From positions 3,100,001 to 3,164,000 of the forward strand of contig OX597830.1 of NCBI GenBank assembly GCA_951406725.2: a stretch of DNA of 64,000 nucleotides, given 5' to 3'. Shown here in pieces: positions 1 to 12,997 of this stretch. The notes beneath the pieces were generated by a model. That model did not search any database and was not told the DNA's origin. It saw only the letters and a list, made by a program, of their open reading frames with translations. The stretch's first letter is position 1, and each line of letters starts with the position of its first letter. The translations under genes were made by a program, and so were the position numbers. The stretch comes from Octopus vulgaris (Eukaryota).

Positions 1-1005
1 TCTATATGTTGGCTTAAGCTTGGAAAGGAAAAAAAAGAATATTTCTATTGAAAGCAGACTCTTGAGAGGGAAAGAGAAGAGAGTTGCAATGAACTGGCAT
101 TTAATTCGACTTCTTTAATTGTGTGTTTGTTTATGTTGGCTTCGATGGTTCTGTATTACATATTTCCCTGAAACCGCCAAAGCTGTTTGAAAAAGGAAAA
201 TACTTTATAGTCATGCCAACTTAGGAGCTAATTGTTCTACACATAATCAATATATTGAAGTAGTAGAAATCCTTACCATTTTGTTTGTTTATTTGTTTGT
301 TATTTTGTTATTCCATTATCATAGTGTGTTGATTCTGTTTTTATTTCCAACTAAGTCATCATTTCTTAGAATTATATTCCTTTCTTTAGCAATGGCAAAT
401 TTCCAAAAAATATTCCTACACCATTCACTACAAAGTTGGCAAACTCAGTCAAACATAAATTTGAGTAGTTTTTCAAGCTGTACATCTCTAGCTTTTATTT
501 TAGTTAACTAATATTGATATTTACAAGGATAAGTTTAAATCAAATTTTGAATTCTTTAGATGGCGGAAATTTTCTCATAAATTTGGAAAAAGATAAAAGA
601 ATAAATATAACTTTGAATTTTGTTTATTGGTTCACTGGAACCTAAATAAATTGGCTTCACTTTGGAATTTTCATAAAAGTTTCAATAAAATCAAGTCTAA
701 AATTATCTTACACAGAGAATATTGTACAACCCTCTAGTAATTCTGTTAATTATATATTCCTTCCATTATTTCGTAGAGAATGGACAATTTGTTAATCAAA
801 TTTGTAAATCTGCAGCATTTAAATCATCCTTTAACCCTTTCACTTGCAATAATGTTGGCACCAGACAATATATGTGGCTCTATCAAAATTGCATGAAAAT
901 ATCTGGACCAATTCATTTATGGCAACCTTGTTTCTTAATTTCTCTTTATTCTGCTTAGCAATATGATCTGGTATAGCTTAGAAGGGTTAAAAAGTGTGGC
1001 CCGCC

Positions 1006-1037
<32 letters not shown>

Positions 1038-1284
1038 AATCACCATCATCATCATTTATTGTCTATTTCCCACGTAGCATAAGTTGGATGGTTTGACAGG
1101 CTCTGACAAGATGCAGGACCATATCCATACTCCAGGGCCTGCTTCAGCATCATTTCTACAGCTGGATACTCTTCCTGCTGCCAACCACTTTACACAGTGT
1201 TTGGGGTGTGTTTTTTTTTTTACATGGCACTAGAACAGGTGAGGTTTCTTTATAATAGAAATTACATCAGATGACTCTATTAAA

Positions 1285-1463
1285 TTATCGATTAAATTTT
1301 GCTGTGCTAAGTTTTTTCATTGGTTCTTCACTTTGGCAGGAAAGATGATTTGATGTTGGGTTTTCAATTCCTCGTGGAGTCATAGATGAGGCATCGGTAT
1401 ATACAGCATGTCTTGGAAATTTTAATGTCCAGTGGAATCCATTCCGACCACAGTCTGTGTCGT
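1285..1463 (-). CDS. Putative terminal coding exon of an unidentified host gene (DTDCGRNGFHWTLKFPRHAVY...KFNR*)
   Basis: (CT)n polypyrimidine tract and ttcaag acceptor on the minus strand; open frame to TAA; phase 1 start matches the phase 1 end of exon 21927-22081. Confidence 0.55.
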
Positions 1464-1474
1464 CTTGAAAGAGC

Positions 1475-1506
<32 letters not shown>

Positions 1507-1989
1507 TAAGACAGAGGGGGAAAGAGTAGAAGAGAAAAGACCCAACCCCTTTACTTGTCAGTTATTTTACTTATTAACCTTGATTAAATGAAAGGTAAAG
1601 TTCTCCTTGTGGAACTTTGGACTCAAAGCACAAAATGTCAGAACAAATAATGTGAGGTGTTCTAGCGAAGTCTGTAATGATAGCCAGTTCTTCAACTTCA
1701 GGCAGAATTTGAAACTAGAAAAGGTGAAGAGGTGTTTCTCAAAGCTTTGCTAGGCATTTTATTCAATGTTTTGATTACCAATCAATCAATAGCATCGATT
1801 GTAAAATATTGATGACTGAGAATGTCACATCTTTTAGAAAATGATGGAGCAGACCAGCTGCAGTGCTTGACTGTTTCTTTCTTTTGTTGATCTTGGAAAG
1901 TTGAAAGACAAAGTGGACCTCAGTGGGGTTTGAACCAAGAATGTTAAGAAGTATAAAGGAAATGTGGTGAAATATTTTATTTGATGCCC

Positions 1990-2260
1990 AAGCAATTCTT
2001 CCAATTTAGCAAATCTACCAGTCTAGCAATTCTGCTAATCTAGCAATTCTGCCAATCTAGAAAATCTGAAAATCTAGTAATGCTGTCAATCTAGCAATTC
2101 TGCAAATCTTGCAGTTCTGCCAATCTTGCAATTCTGCAAATCTAGCAAATCTACCAGTCTTGCAATTCTGCCAGTCAAGCAATTCTGCAGATCTTGCAAT
2201 TCTGCCAATCTAGCAATTCTGTCAGTCTAGCAATTCTGCCAGTCTAGCAATTCTGCTAAC
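1990..2260. repeat. 17-bp minisatellite (unit ~TCTAGCAATTCTGCCAA, ~16 units) at the head of a minus-strand SINE
   Basis: Directly visible tandem units, adjoining a degenerate SINE body at ~1860-1990. Confidence 0.9.
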
Positions 2261-2730
2261 CCTCTGCAATCATTTATTGTAAAATACACATGTTGTTTTC
2301 AATAGTATACAAGAACAATTTAGCACATTGAATGCTCTGTAAATGTTATTGATGGGAGTTAAATCTGATGGAAAGAGAGACAATGAAATGTCAAAGAATT
2401 AGGGAAAGTTGAGGAATACTGAATGATGAAGGTAAAAGGCATTGGAAGCAAAATATTAAGAAAAGCCTTTTTTAAAACATTTCTGAACACTTTGAAGATT
2501 TAGATAAAAGATAATGAATGCTAATTGCATATGTGAGAAGTGACTTGAAATGTCATACATATCTTATCATGAACAAAGAGAAGTACTTATATTTTATTAT
2601 TTTGAATAATTTTCATTCATTCATGAATTCCAGTGTGACAAGTATAAATGTACATACATACATACATACAAACACACATACATACATACACACATGCACT
2701 CATGCATGTGCATGCACATGTACACATATG

Positions 2731-2761
<31 letters not shown>

Positions 2762-2799
2762 AGATGCATATATACACATGTTTATATATTTTTAGATGT

Positions 2800-3690
2800 T
2801 TCCCTAGATTTAAACTCCTACTTTTATAAGTTGTATCATAAGCTAAATGAGAAGCTCTTGTTAAAACATAAACAGTCCTGTCAACCCCTTATAGTCTTTA
2901 AAAGTTTGACAGCCAACATAGATCTCAAATCTATTTTCTTCAAAACAAATATTTGATAAGGCAGCCCCCTACTATAATAAAGCTCTAGCAGCTTCAAAGA
3001 TAAAATATATTACAACTGTTTAAGTAAAAATATGAATTGTAAAAATAATTGTTTTCACCTCCTCCTTTCTCTTTTAATGTTAAGACTAACATAAGCAAGA
3101 AATTTCTGTCTCTTTTAGATAAACATTTTACAATAAATCATAAATACAGGAAAATTTTTAACAGACACTCAAAAATATCATACAGCTGCTACCCCAATAT
3201 GATGAACATTATAACACAAAAATCATCAAGAGAGCACTCCCAGTTGTAACTGTCAAGACCTTGAAGCTTGCCCACTTGGCCAGTCATGCATGATAAACTT
3301 ATATGAGGCTGAAGTTACAGCTATCCTCCAAGACAAATCAATCGAAAAGAAAAATTGCATTGGGTTACGTGAGGGTGAAGTCAAGAGTAAACCAGCTTCT
3401 TTCCAGCACATCGATGAAAGTAATACAACTAAGTTGGTTAGCCGCATATTGAATTTGAAGAGAACCTCCACACCACATACAATTAAGTGGAGATTAGTGG
3501 AGAAATACAAGCCTTATGATACTGGATCTAAGGAATGCAACTTATGCATAGCAGAAAGATCTCATATTGTTCTTTGATCCAGCAATTTTAAGACACTGTT
3601 TAATTTGAGATCTGAAATTTATAGCAGGTGTAGACACATGGACAGATTTCTTTTATCAAATTGGAGGGCATTATCCACCCCAGATTGAGT
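2800..3690 (+). mobile_element. Penelope-like element 3' remnant (linker plus GIY-YIG endonuclease), frameshifted
   Basis: ORF pieces FSPPPFSFNVKTNISKKFL...KIFNRHSKISYSC and KWRLVEK...CNLCIAE, followed by LNLRSEIYSRCRH, match motifs typical of PLE GIY-YIG C-termini. Confidence 0.8.
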
Positions 3691-4009
3691 TGCTGTCTCA
3701 CAGACTTTGACATATTTTCTGGGTTTTTTTTCTAAACCAGTTGTATTTAATGATCTTTCTGCAGTCAGGGAGGACAAGGATCCTTTGCACCAACCATCTT
3801 CACATTTTCCTATGTTTTTTTTCTTATTTTCTAACCGTGTGGCATGCTTGTCTTCAAATATATATATAACATATAAACAGAAAGATTACTTTAAGACACA
3901 TGGTGTAAATTATAAATATACCTGTTCAAGTATCGTAATAGCTTGAAAATATTAGCAGCTCTTTCTGTTGTGTATTTAATTTGATGTGTGCATGTGTGTG
4001 TGTGTTTGT

Positions 4010-5370
4010 TAGCACATGCATGGCTGTGTGGTAAATAGCTTGCCTCCTAACCACATGATTCTGGGTTCAGTCCCATAGTGTTGCATCTTGAGCAAGTATG
4101 AACTGGACTGATCAAAACATTGTGAATGGATTTGGTAGATGGAAACTGAAAGAAGCCTGTCATATGCGAGCAGTGGCGTGCCCCAAGGTTCAGTGCTTGG
4201 GCCCTTGTTGTTCTTAGTCTTCATAAATGACTTGCCTGACGACCTCACGCAACACACCCTTCTATTTGCCGACGATATCAAACTGGTCGCTCCTCGCGGT
4301 AATATAGAGGATCTTCGTCGATGCCTCCACCAAATTTGGAAGTGGTCTAACGATTGGGACCTGTGTCTGAACGTGTCAAAGTGCTGTCATCTGCCTGTCG
4401 GCTCTACTCCTGCAACTCAACTTGATTTCGAGCCGGGACGTCTGCTGCTGGAGAGGACCGATCAGGTAAAGGACCTGGGTATCTTGGTGGATTCCTCCTT
4501 TTCGCCTTCGGCCCAGTGCGTCCATGCTGCCAACAAAGCACGCGGAATTCTGTTCTTGATTCGACGGTCATTCGGAATGCTCACAGCAGCCATATTCCTA
4601 CCACTCTATGTCACGCTGGTGAGACCCATATTGGAGTATGGGATTCAAGCCTCTTCTCCTTATCTCCTCAAAGACATACAGCATCTCGAAAGAGTCCAGA
4701 AGCTGGCTACCCGCATGGTTCATGGTCTCAAAAATTTGTCCTACGAAGAAAGGCTGAGGACGCTCGACCTTTATTCTCTTGAAAAACGCCGCCGCCGTGG
4801 TGATCTCATTCTCGCCCACAACATCATAAGCGGAAAGTGTAACCTCTCGAAAGAGCTGTTCTTCACTCCTGCTCCAGAGCGTCGGCTGCAGGGTCATTCC
4901 GAAAAGCTCTACCTGCGACGATTTCATCTCAATCGAAGGAGAGGAGCTTTCTCCGTCCGGGTTGCGAATCCGTGGAACAAGCTGCCAGACGAGATGGTGA
5001 AGATGCCGACGACCGCTTTGTTCAAAGCCTCCCTGGACCTCAAGTGGCCTGAACTCTTTACATGAACACCACCCTGTACTTAACTCCATGTCCCCCTACA
5101 TGGCCTTGCTATTTGCTTTTGAGCCAAATTAACTAACTAACTAACTAACTAACTAACATATGTGCCTTTGCGTTTGTCTCTCACCACTACTTGACATCTG
5201 GTTTTGGTTTATTTACATCCAATGTAATTTAGTAGCATGGCAAAAGTGACCAATAGAATAAGCACCAGGCTTTATAAACTAAGTCCTGGGTGGGGTCAAT
5301 TCAATTGATTAAAACCCTTCCAGCAGTGCCCCAGCATGGCCACAATCCAATGACAAATAAAAGATAAAAG
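4010..5370 (+). mobile_element. tRNA-derived SINE (family B) split by a LINE insertion; halves at ~4010-4166 and ~5157-5370
   Basis: Both halves are colinear with the intact family-B copies at 37375-37805 and 58733-59146. Confidence 0.85.
4167..5156 (+). mobile_element. 5'-truncated CR1/L2-group LINE with an intact RT C-terminal frame, (TAAC)n tail and CATATG target-site duplication
   Basis: GVPQGSVLGPLLF, LFADD, VKDLG, RPILEY and LERVQ motifs; stop at 5065; CATATG at 4161-4166 and 5157-5162. Confidence 0.92.
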
Positions 5371-5409
5371 GTAATAAATACATACATATACATACACACA
5401 CATATATAT

Positions 5410-8400
5410 AGGAAAAATAGAAGTTGAAAATGGACCAAGTATAGTAAAAATATTTTTTATTTATATATTTGAAGCTTTAACTGGTTTCACAATTTACTCT
5501 GATATTCAAAAGTTCAAATAGAAAGGTGTGGCTTATGTCACAGCTGTTTGAAGTTGGCCCTATTTTCATGGGGAATTCATGGCTCAAATTAGTATGTGTT
5601 TTGTAGAGGATGACAAGTCCTAGAAATTTTTGTAGGTGCCCCACTACATTCATGTGTTAGTATCAAGTGGCAATGTTTTGTGTCATAAGTTAAGGGTGAC
5701 ACGGTTGACTGAACAAGTCCAACCAATGTTCTGAATATTCTTGTCAAGTGTTTGTAGAGAATGAACACATGATTAAGTTTATAAACTTTTGTACGTTTCC
5801 TGCTAGCTATGTCCGTGTGTTAATGTGATGTGGCAGTATATTTTGCACTTAAAAAGAAGGCTGACACATTTGAGTGAACATGTTTAGTTATAATCAAGGC
5901 ACACCAGATTTAATCTGTCTGGTGGCAGAACGGACAGGAGCCATCTGTATGTTGTCCAATGGCTAAAATTTAGGTTGTTAGCTGTGTAGGGTCCTCATGA
6001 TAAGTGGCTGAATGAATTTTCTGTGTGAATAGCTATTTGCGTATGAACTCTGTTAAATTTTGTTATGTCTTGGTTCGTATTTTGTATGAAAGTATTTTAT
6101 TTGCTTATCCATGCTTCGTCTGTGGTATTCGCTGAATATAAGTAGACTGGGAAGATCTGTAATTTGGGAGACTTATTTTTCCACATATGTCTATGTGACC
6201 ACCCAGGGGAATCTACCTGATACTCGGGTCTCATATTTGTTGTTAGTGAATGGTCAGTCTATTTCTTAGAGTAAGCTTTGTTTGACTTATGTAATCTTCA
6301 TTACATCCTTGACAATTGATAGCATGTACTGGATTCCTGGAAGAACATGCAAAGTGATTCTTATGGTAAAAGTCTGTCCTGATTTGAATTTGTATGTTGT
6401 GTCTTCAATAAGGTTGATGCACCTACACTTTTTAGCTGTTGGTGTAGGAATTGTGGGAGGTAATTTAGCATTTGTGAGGAATTTCTTGAGGGACTTTGAT
6501 TGTCTTTTACTTTTGATTATTTTGTGTATTTCGAACGCTTGTTTCATTATTGGGTTTTGTTTTAGTAGTGGGATGTTCTGGTGGATAATATTGTAAACCT
6601 CTGTGTTTCTTGGGTTGTGTGTTGTAATAAAGGGTAGATTATAGGATTCATCTGAAGCATTTTATGTAGTTCTTCAACATTTATTGCTTTAGCATGTTCT
6701 ATTCTGTTACCTATTTGCATTAGTGGTTATTGTCTTTTAAGTAATACTTGTTTTAGTTCCTGGAGTCTTTTATTGTGAGTTTCAGCATTTGAGACTTTTG
6801 TACAGATTCTTCTTGCTAGATTAAAGGGGATATTGTTCTTCGTGTGTTTGGAATGGCATGAGGAAAATAGTAGGTATTGTTTAGAATCTGTTTGTTTGTC
6901 GTGAATATCTGTTTCAAGGATTTTATCTCTTTTGATGATTATTATATCCAGGAATGGAAGTTAAGTTTTACTATATTCCATGGCAAAGTTAATATTTTTG
7001 TTTATGTTGCTGATTAGATTTTAGAAATCTATAAGTTGTTCATATATATACGTCCCTAATATTAGACAGTCATCCAAGTAACATTTCCAGTTTTCTAGTA
7101 GATATTTGTGGAAGTTCAAGTCATATATTAATTTACATTGTTCATATATCTGGACCACCATGTATGCCCTGACTAGATTGGTGTACGTCGGAGCAACTTT
7201 TGTCCCCATCCCAATCCCAGATATTTGTTTGTAAATATTGCCATCAAAGAGGCAATATAAACTTTAATCCTTCCGCGAGGTAACTCTTTTCAGTTTTGGC
7301 TGGAATTTCATGAGGGAATTTCTCAAGCCAGAAATTTATTGCCTCTAGTCCATATTGGTGTGGGATTGTGGTATATAGGTTTACTACATCAAAAGATACA
7401 ATTGTAGTATCATTGTTTAAGAATTTGGGGAAGTGGTGTAACAGGTCCAGGTCGTCTCTCACAAGACTTGATATGTATTTTAAAATAGGTTTCAGTAATA
7501 TATCTAAAAAGTTCCTCAGTCTGTGTGTTTCACAGTTTGCTACAATTGGTCTATATTTAAGGTCGGTGGGATGCTGTATTTATGCAAATTGAAGTTGGTT
7601 CATTACAAACAATCTTAATAGTTTGATTCTTATGGATTCTTGGGAGACCATAGAAGTAGCTAATCTTGAAATCAAAATGGGTCAGGCAGTCACATTCTTG
7701 GTTTCTTAAACCTTTTTGATGTCTGTGAATGAGTGTGTTCAGTTTAGTCATTGTTTTTCATTTTTGGTAATTATTTACAGAGGGATCCTAGACAGGATGC
7801 CCAGAGAGCTCCTCTATGCTGATGACCTTGCTCTAATTGCTGAGTCACTATCAGAACTGGAGGAGAAGTTTCAAGTGTGGAAGCAAGGTCTAGAATCAAA
7901 GGGTCTTAAAGCCAACCTAGCAGAAACCAAAGTTTTAATAAGTAGGGAGACAGACAACCCACATATCCCTTCAGGTAGATGGCTCTGCTTGATCTGTAGA
8001 AAAGGCGTAGGTAGAAACTCCATAAGATGTACCCAGTGTAAGTTATGGACACATAAGAGATGCAGTAATATCAAAGGAAGGCTAACTGGGAGGATAGATT
8101 TTGTGTGTGGCAGATGCTCAAATGCAATGAACACTGAAAATGGACAGAAAACAGCCTCTGTCATGTTCTAGGGGGAAAAACTACAAGTAGTTGATAGCTT
8201 CTGTTATCTAGGTGACCAAGTTAGTAGCAGGGGTGGATGCTCTGAAAGTGTAGCTGTTAGAATAAGAATAGCCTGGACAAAGTCCAGAGAGCTCTTACCT
8301 CTGCTGATGACAAAGGGCCTCTCGTTCAGAGTAAAAGGTAGACTGCATGATGCATGTGTGCAAACAGCCATGCTACATGGCAGTGAAACATGGGCTGTGA

Positions 8401-9302
8401 CTACTGAGGACATGTGTAAGCCTCCAAGGAATGAAGCTAGTATGATCCGATGGATGTGTAATGTCAGTGTTCATACATGATAGTGTAAGTGCCCTGAGAA
8501 TAAAGTTAGACATAAGAAGTATCAGATGTGGTATGCAAGAGAAACAACTGCGCTGGTATGGTCATGTGTTGTGTATGGATGAGGACAGCAGTGTGAAGAA
8601 GTGTCACACCCTAGCGGTTGAGGGAACCTGTGGAAGAGGTAGACCCAAGAAGACCTGGGATGAGGTGGTGAAGCATGACCTTCAAACATTAGGCCTCACC
8701 AATGTGATGACAAGTGACTGAGACTTTTGGAGATTTGATGTGCTTGAGAAAACCCAGCAAGCCAAGTGAGACCATAACCATGGCCTATACCAGTGCAGCA
8801 TAACCAGCCCATTTAAGAGTACTCTTTAATCATTGGGCAATAAACTGCACTTGCGAAGACCTGTTGAGGCAAGTGAAGTAATGGCCAATGACAGTACCGC
8901 TTGATTGGCACCCGTGCTGGTGGCATGTAAAAAGCACCATTCGAGCATGGTCGTTGCTAGGGCTGCATCACAATGGCCACCTGTGCTGGTGGCACGCAAA
9001 AAGCACCTTTCGAGTGTGGTCAATGCAAGTACTGCCTAACTGGCCCTTGTGCTGGTGGCACATAAAAGCATCCACTACACTCTCGGAGTGGTTGGCGTTA
9101 GGAAATGCATCCAGCTGTAGAAACTTTTACAGATTGGAATGGAGCCTGGTGCAGACTGCTGGATCACCAGCCCTCAGTCAAATTATCCAACCCATGCCAG
9201 CATGCAAAGCAGACGTTAAACGATGATGATGATGATTTATCTTTTCATAGTGGTTCATAGCTTGTAACATGGATAGTATATCTCTTTTGTAGCATTCAAT
9301 AT

Positions 9303-9305
<3 letters not shown>
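5410..9305 (-). mobile_element. Degraded Penelope-like element (RT plus GIY-YIG region), interrupted by an RTE insertion at 7777-9235
   Basis: Minus-strand fragments YFYGLPRIHK, SFDVVNLYTTIPH, MGTKVAPTYTNL and YLDD, in the order expected for a PLE RT. Confidence 0.85.
7777..9235 (+). mobile_element. 5'-truncated RTE-clade LINE with a Cys/His-rich segment, repetitive 3' UTR and (GAT)n tail
   Basis: ELLYADDLAL, YLG, LRWYGHV and GRGRPKKTW motifs; (GAT)n tail; possible ATTTA TSD at 7773-7777 and 9235-9239. Confidence 0.9.
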
Positions 9306-9339
<34 letters not shown>

Positions 9340-9891
9340 TGATTAAAGCACTTTCACTGTCTATGGCTGGCTATCTGATGTCATCCCCATTTTGATATAA
9401 ATGTCACTGTGTAGGGCACTTCCCAAAGATTTATGACAGACTAACTGTAGATAGAAACTTCGCTGCATGCTAGCTGGTCTGTGGCGAAGTTGTCTTCTGG
9501 TTAAGCGGGCTTCTATGAAGGAGGGGTTGACTGGTAGCTGTCACCCTCAAGTGCTCAACTAAATAAATCTTTCACTAACACATTCTGGATTTCCATTAAT
9601 ATTTTATGTATAGCTTAACTAAAGTTATAACTGGATCTATCTCAGGAATTTCACAGTGTTAGTTGAGTACATAAAGAATGAGGGAAACAGAAAATACAAT
9701 TCTTGAGAATTTTTATTCATCACAATGATCATTTCAACTCCTCTTGCATTTGTCCCTTTTTGGTGGGATACTTATACAACTGGTTGCAGCACAACCAGTT
9801 GTATAGGATTGAGTCAAGAGGAGTCAAAACAACCGTTGTGGTGAACAGAGGGTCTCATGAATTACCTTTTCTGTTTTTCTCATTTGTTGTG

Positions 9892-9950
<59 letters not shown>

Positions 9951-10038
9951 CGGGGAGAATTCACAAAAAAAAAAGAGGAAGACAAGTGGTGTCGACAACA
10001 AACAGGTGTATTAGTTTAACACTCGGGAAGTGAAAAAG

Positions 10039-10076
10039 TCTTTAATGTTTCGAGCCTACACTCTTTCACAGAAAGA
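10039..10076 (-). ncRNA. Degenerate minimal hammerhead-like motif in a (TA)n-adjacent short element (~9950-10125)
   Basis: Minus strand reads tcttt-CTGTGAA-a-gagt gtag gctc-GAAA-ca-TT-aaaga; related to the copy at 30143-30180. Confidence 0.4.
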
Positions 10077-11477
10077 AACAAGGAGAGAAAGTAAAGAATG
10101 TGTAGTGGCTAGCGATCTATCATAAGCAAGCAAGTACACTGGCTTTGCCACGTGCTTTATACAGGTTATTCCTATTAATGCTAATCCCTAAATTTGGCAG
10201 TTGAGATTAAGTTAATCTTTGTTGATCTTTGATATTCACTTCCTCCGTTTCAGGAACATAAATGGAGAAGTCATTCCTGTTTGGGTTTGAGTCTTGACTG
10301 TGGATGGGAAAAATTAAAAATCGTTAGTCCTTTAGTACAATGTTCAACTCTTCCTACCATTCTGCTACATAAGTTCTTCTAGGAAATCTCTCAATGAAAT
10401 CTCTCTATTGAAAGGCCATATATTCTAATTAATTTTGAAAAGCTTAAACATTTAGTTAAAAAATTAAGTCAATTTATGGATTGTAACAGAACAATGTCCT
10501 TTCAAGTAATTTTGGTCAAAGGTTGTTTATATATGAATACTTTAAACAGCAGGTTTGTATCATAAAACAAGAAATGTTCTCAGATAGGTTTGGTATAAAT
10601 AGAGATACTACAAGTGTATAAGTCTTCAAAACTTTATTAATATAATTTTGTGCTACAAACATAGGCAATCAAATGTTTTTACTAATTTCAACTCATCGGA
10701 ACCTCTTCTTATCTTTCTTCAGTCAACTTACGCCTCTCTCTCTTTTTTTTTTCTTTTTTACCTAAGGTAGAACCGTTCAGAGTGTACCACAGTCCATCTT
10801 GGATATTGAAGCAAAGAAGTATACAAGTATTTTTCTGATATTGAATTAGATGAACTCATAAACACAGAAGAAGATACAATACTTTTGATGTTAACAGAAG
10901 ATTAATTTTGAGTAAGAACTTTCTGTATTAAAAACTAATACATTCTCCTAAAAGAAAAAGAGCTTGAAATATTGAGGACTTGGAAACACTTATGTTATAA
11001 ACATTGTTATTGTAAAGCAAAACAAAATAAGGAAAAAAATTGGTTGTTATAAAAGTGAAGTATATTGATGTGTTAGAATACATAATTTTATATTTTGATG
11101 AGAAAAGGATTGATTTGTAGACTTTTGCCAGTGTGGAACAGAAGATAAGAGGCTCGTAGTGAGATATATATTCCCACTGGAAAACAAATATTTTTGTCTA
11201 AACAATTTATCTTAACAATTTCTGTTATTTTTATATTCTGAAAAATTTCAACCTTCAGATGTTTGTTTACAAAATCTGCTATTTTTGACCAGAGAATCAC
11301 TTTAATATCCTTGTTAATTTCCTAAACAGTAAATCATTTTCTTATTTGTATGTTGAAATCAACATATTTATTATGTTATGGAAGCTGTAAAAAAACTAAG
11401 AACACATATGCTTGGGGATGGATATTATAAATTGTGCTAATCAACAGTTAAATTCATTGTTAATATTTTGCATAAGA

Positions 11478-11519
<42 letters not shown>

Positions 11520-11520
<1 letters not shown>

Positions 11521-12074
11521 GCCCTGATGCAGTACCAAGCAGTGGCTCCCATGGCTTCTGATCTTAACTGATTGGAAGTGTTATCATGTACATTGTTTTG
11601 TCTTGGTATAAAAGATGGGCTACAGCAAATATTCTGCTCAATACCACAGATTTGCTTGTCAGTTGTTTGACCTTAACCAGTTGATTATATCCCTTTGTGG
11701 CTGATGATATGTGCATCTCTGATCACGAGCAGAAGTAGTGGGGGAGCATCATAGCCATGTGTTGAGAAGGATTCTTTGGGGTTTGAATAATTCACCTCCG
11801 GAAACATGGGTGGTTCTTTCAACATCCTTAAACAACATTTATTCAGGGACCGTTTAAGTGGGATGGGCTACTCAACCTGAAGAAAATTCTAACTGGGCCC
11901 CACCTGCAAGGTCATGTGCTGTTTATCTTGATATGAGATCACCATGTCGCGCACATATGGTTGTGATGCATGTGCCTGGTGCACCCTTATCAGACAGGTA
12001 GTCATGATGGGTATATCGGGCTTCGTATATTTTACCCCAGTGTCACTTTGATGGCATGCACTGTTCTCTCACTC

Positions 12075-12075
<1 letters not shown>
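11520..12075. mobile_element. Unclassified ~555-bp non-coding element inserted in an (AAT)n tract
   Basis: Complex sequence with sharp boundaries and (AAT)n on both sides; no recognisable coding motifs. Confidence 0.55.
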
Positions 12076-12124
<49 letters not shown>

Positions 12125-12339
12125 TAATAATAATGATAATAATAATGATAATAAAATGAACGAACTACTGAGTTTGGTTTAATGGCCTACCAATGTATAC
12201 TATGAGTTTCTTTGCCCTAGGAGTCGGGAAGACACTCGGCAAGAAATGGAAGCAAATTTGAAAGAAGAAAAATAATAATAATAATAATAATAATAATGAT
12301 GATGATAATTATAATGACAATGATAATTATAATGATAAT

Positions 12340-12720
12340 AAAGAAAGCAAACTATGCTGGATCATAGATTTAGCATGCCCAGCTGACAGCAAGGTGTGCA
12401 ATAAGGAAGAAAGAAAAGTCGATAGGTATGACAGGTTAGCTTAGGAGGTTAAGCAGTGGTGGTTGATAAAAAAGGTGGTAGTAGTACCAATAATTGTCGG
12501 AGCCCTGCGAACAATGAGTAAAAATCTTGAGAAGTACATGGAACAAATAGGGGCTGCAATAAGGGTAGAGCACTTGGAGAAAACAGCACTGTTCGGAATT
12601 GCTCAAATACTCCAGTTGGTGCTTGAAAAATAAGGGGTGATACCTTAGTTCACTGGTAGTGAACAGCTGACACTGTAGTATATCTCCAGCATTAGAAGCT
12701 GTGCAAAGGCAATAAAATGA
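12340..12720 (+). mobile_element. R4/Dong-like LINE 3' fragment (RLE domain), older subfamily
   Basis: Translates to ...IIDLACPAD...KVDRYDRLA...VPIIVGAL...LEKTALFG...LEK*; flanked by TAA/TGA repeats. Confidence 0.75.
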
Positions 12721-12997
12721 TGATGATGAGGAGGAGGGGGAGGAGGAGAAGGAGGAGGGGGATGAGAAGAGAAAAAGAAGAATCCTTTATACCATAGGCA
12801 CAAACCTGAAATATATAAACACACTCATATATACACTCATACATAAAGTTACAATACTAAACTAAAAACAAAGTTTGGATAAACAAAGAATTAAAAAGAA
12901 TTACTATTATTATCATCATCACCATCATTATTATTATTATCATTAATATCATCATTATTATTATTATTATTATTATTATCATTATTATTATTATTAT

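Noticed and set aside
4516-5089. Overlapping alternative-frame and antisense ORFs on the CR1-like LINE
   Set aside because: Expected shadow ORFs of a GC-richer coding sequence, with no independent motifs.
5470-5520. Hammerhead at the end of the minus-strand Penelope relic
   Set aside because: Only GAAACCAGTT and a weak stem I remain; the core is too decayed to call.
10767-10911. Plus-strand exon with a strong acceptor and gtaag donor (similar candidates end near 20749, 22415 and 56951)
   Set aside because: This candidate has stops in all three frames and no consistent chain could be built. An antisense lncRNA cannot be excluded without RNA data.
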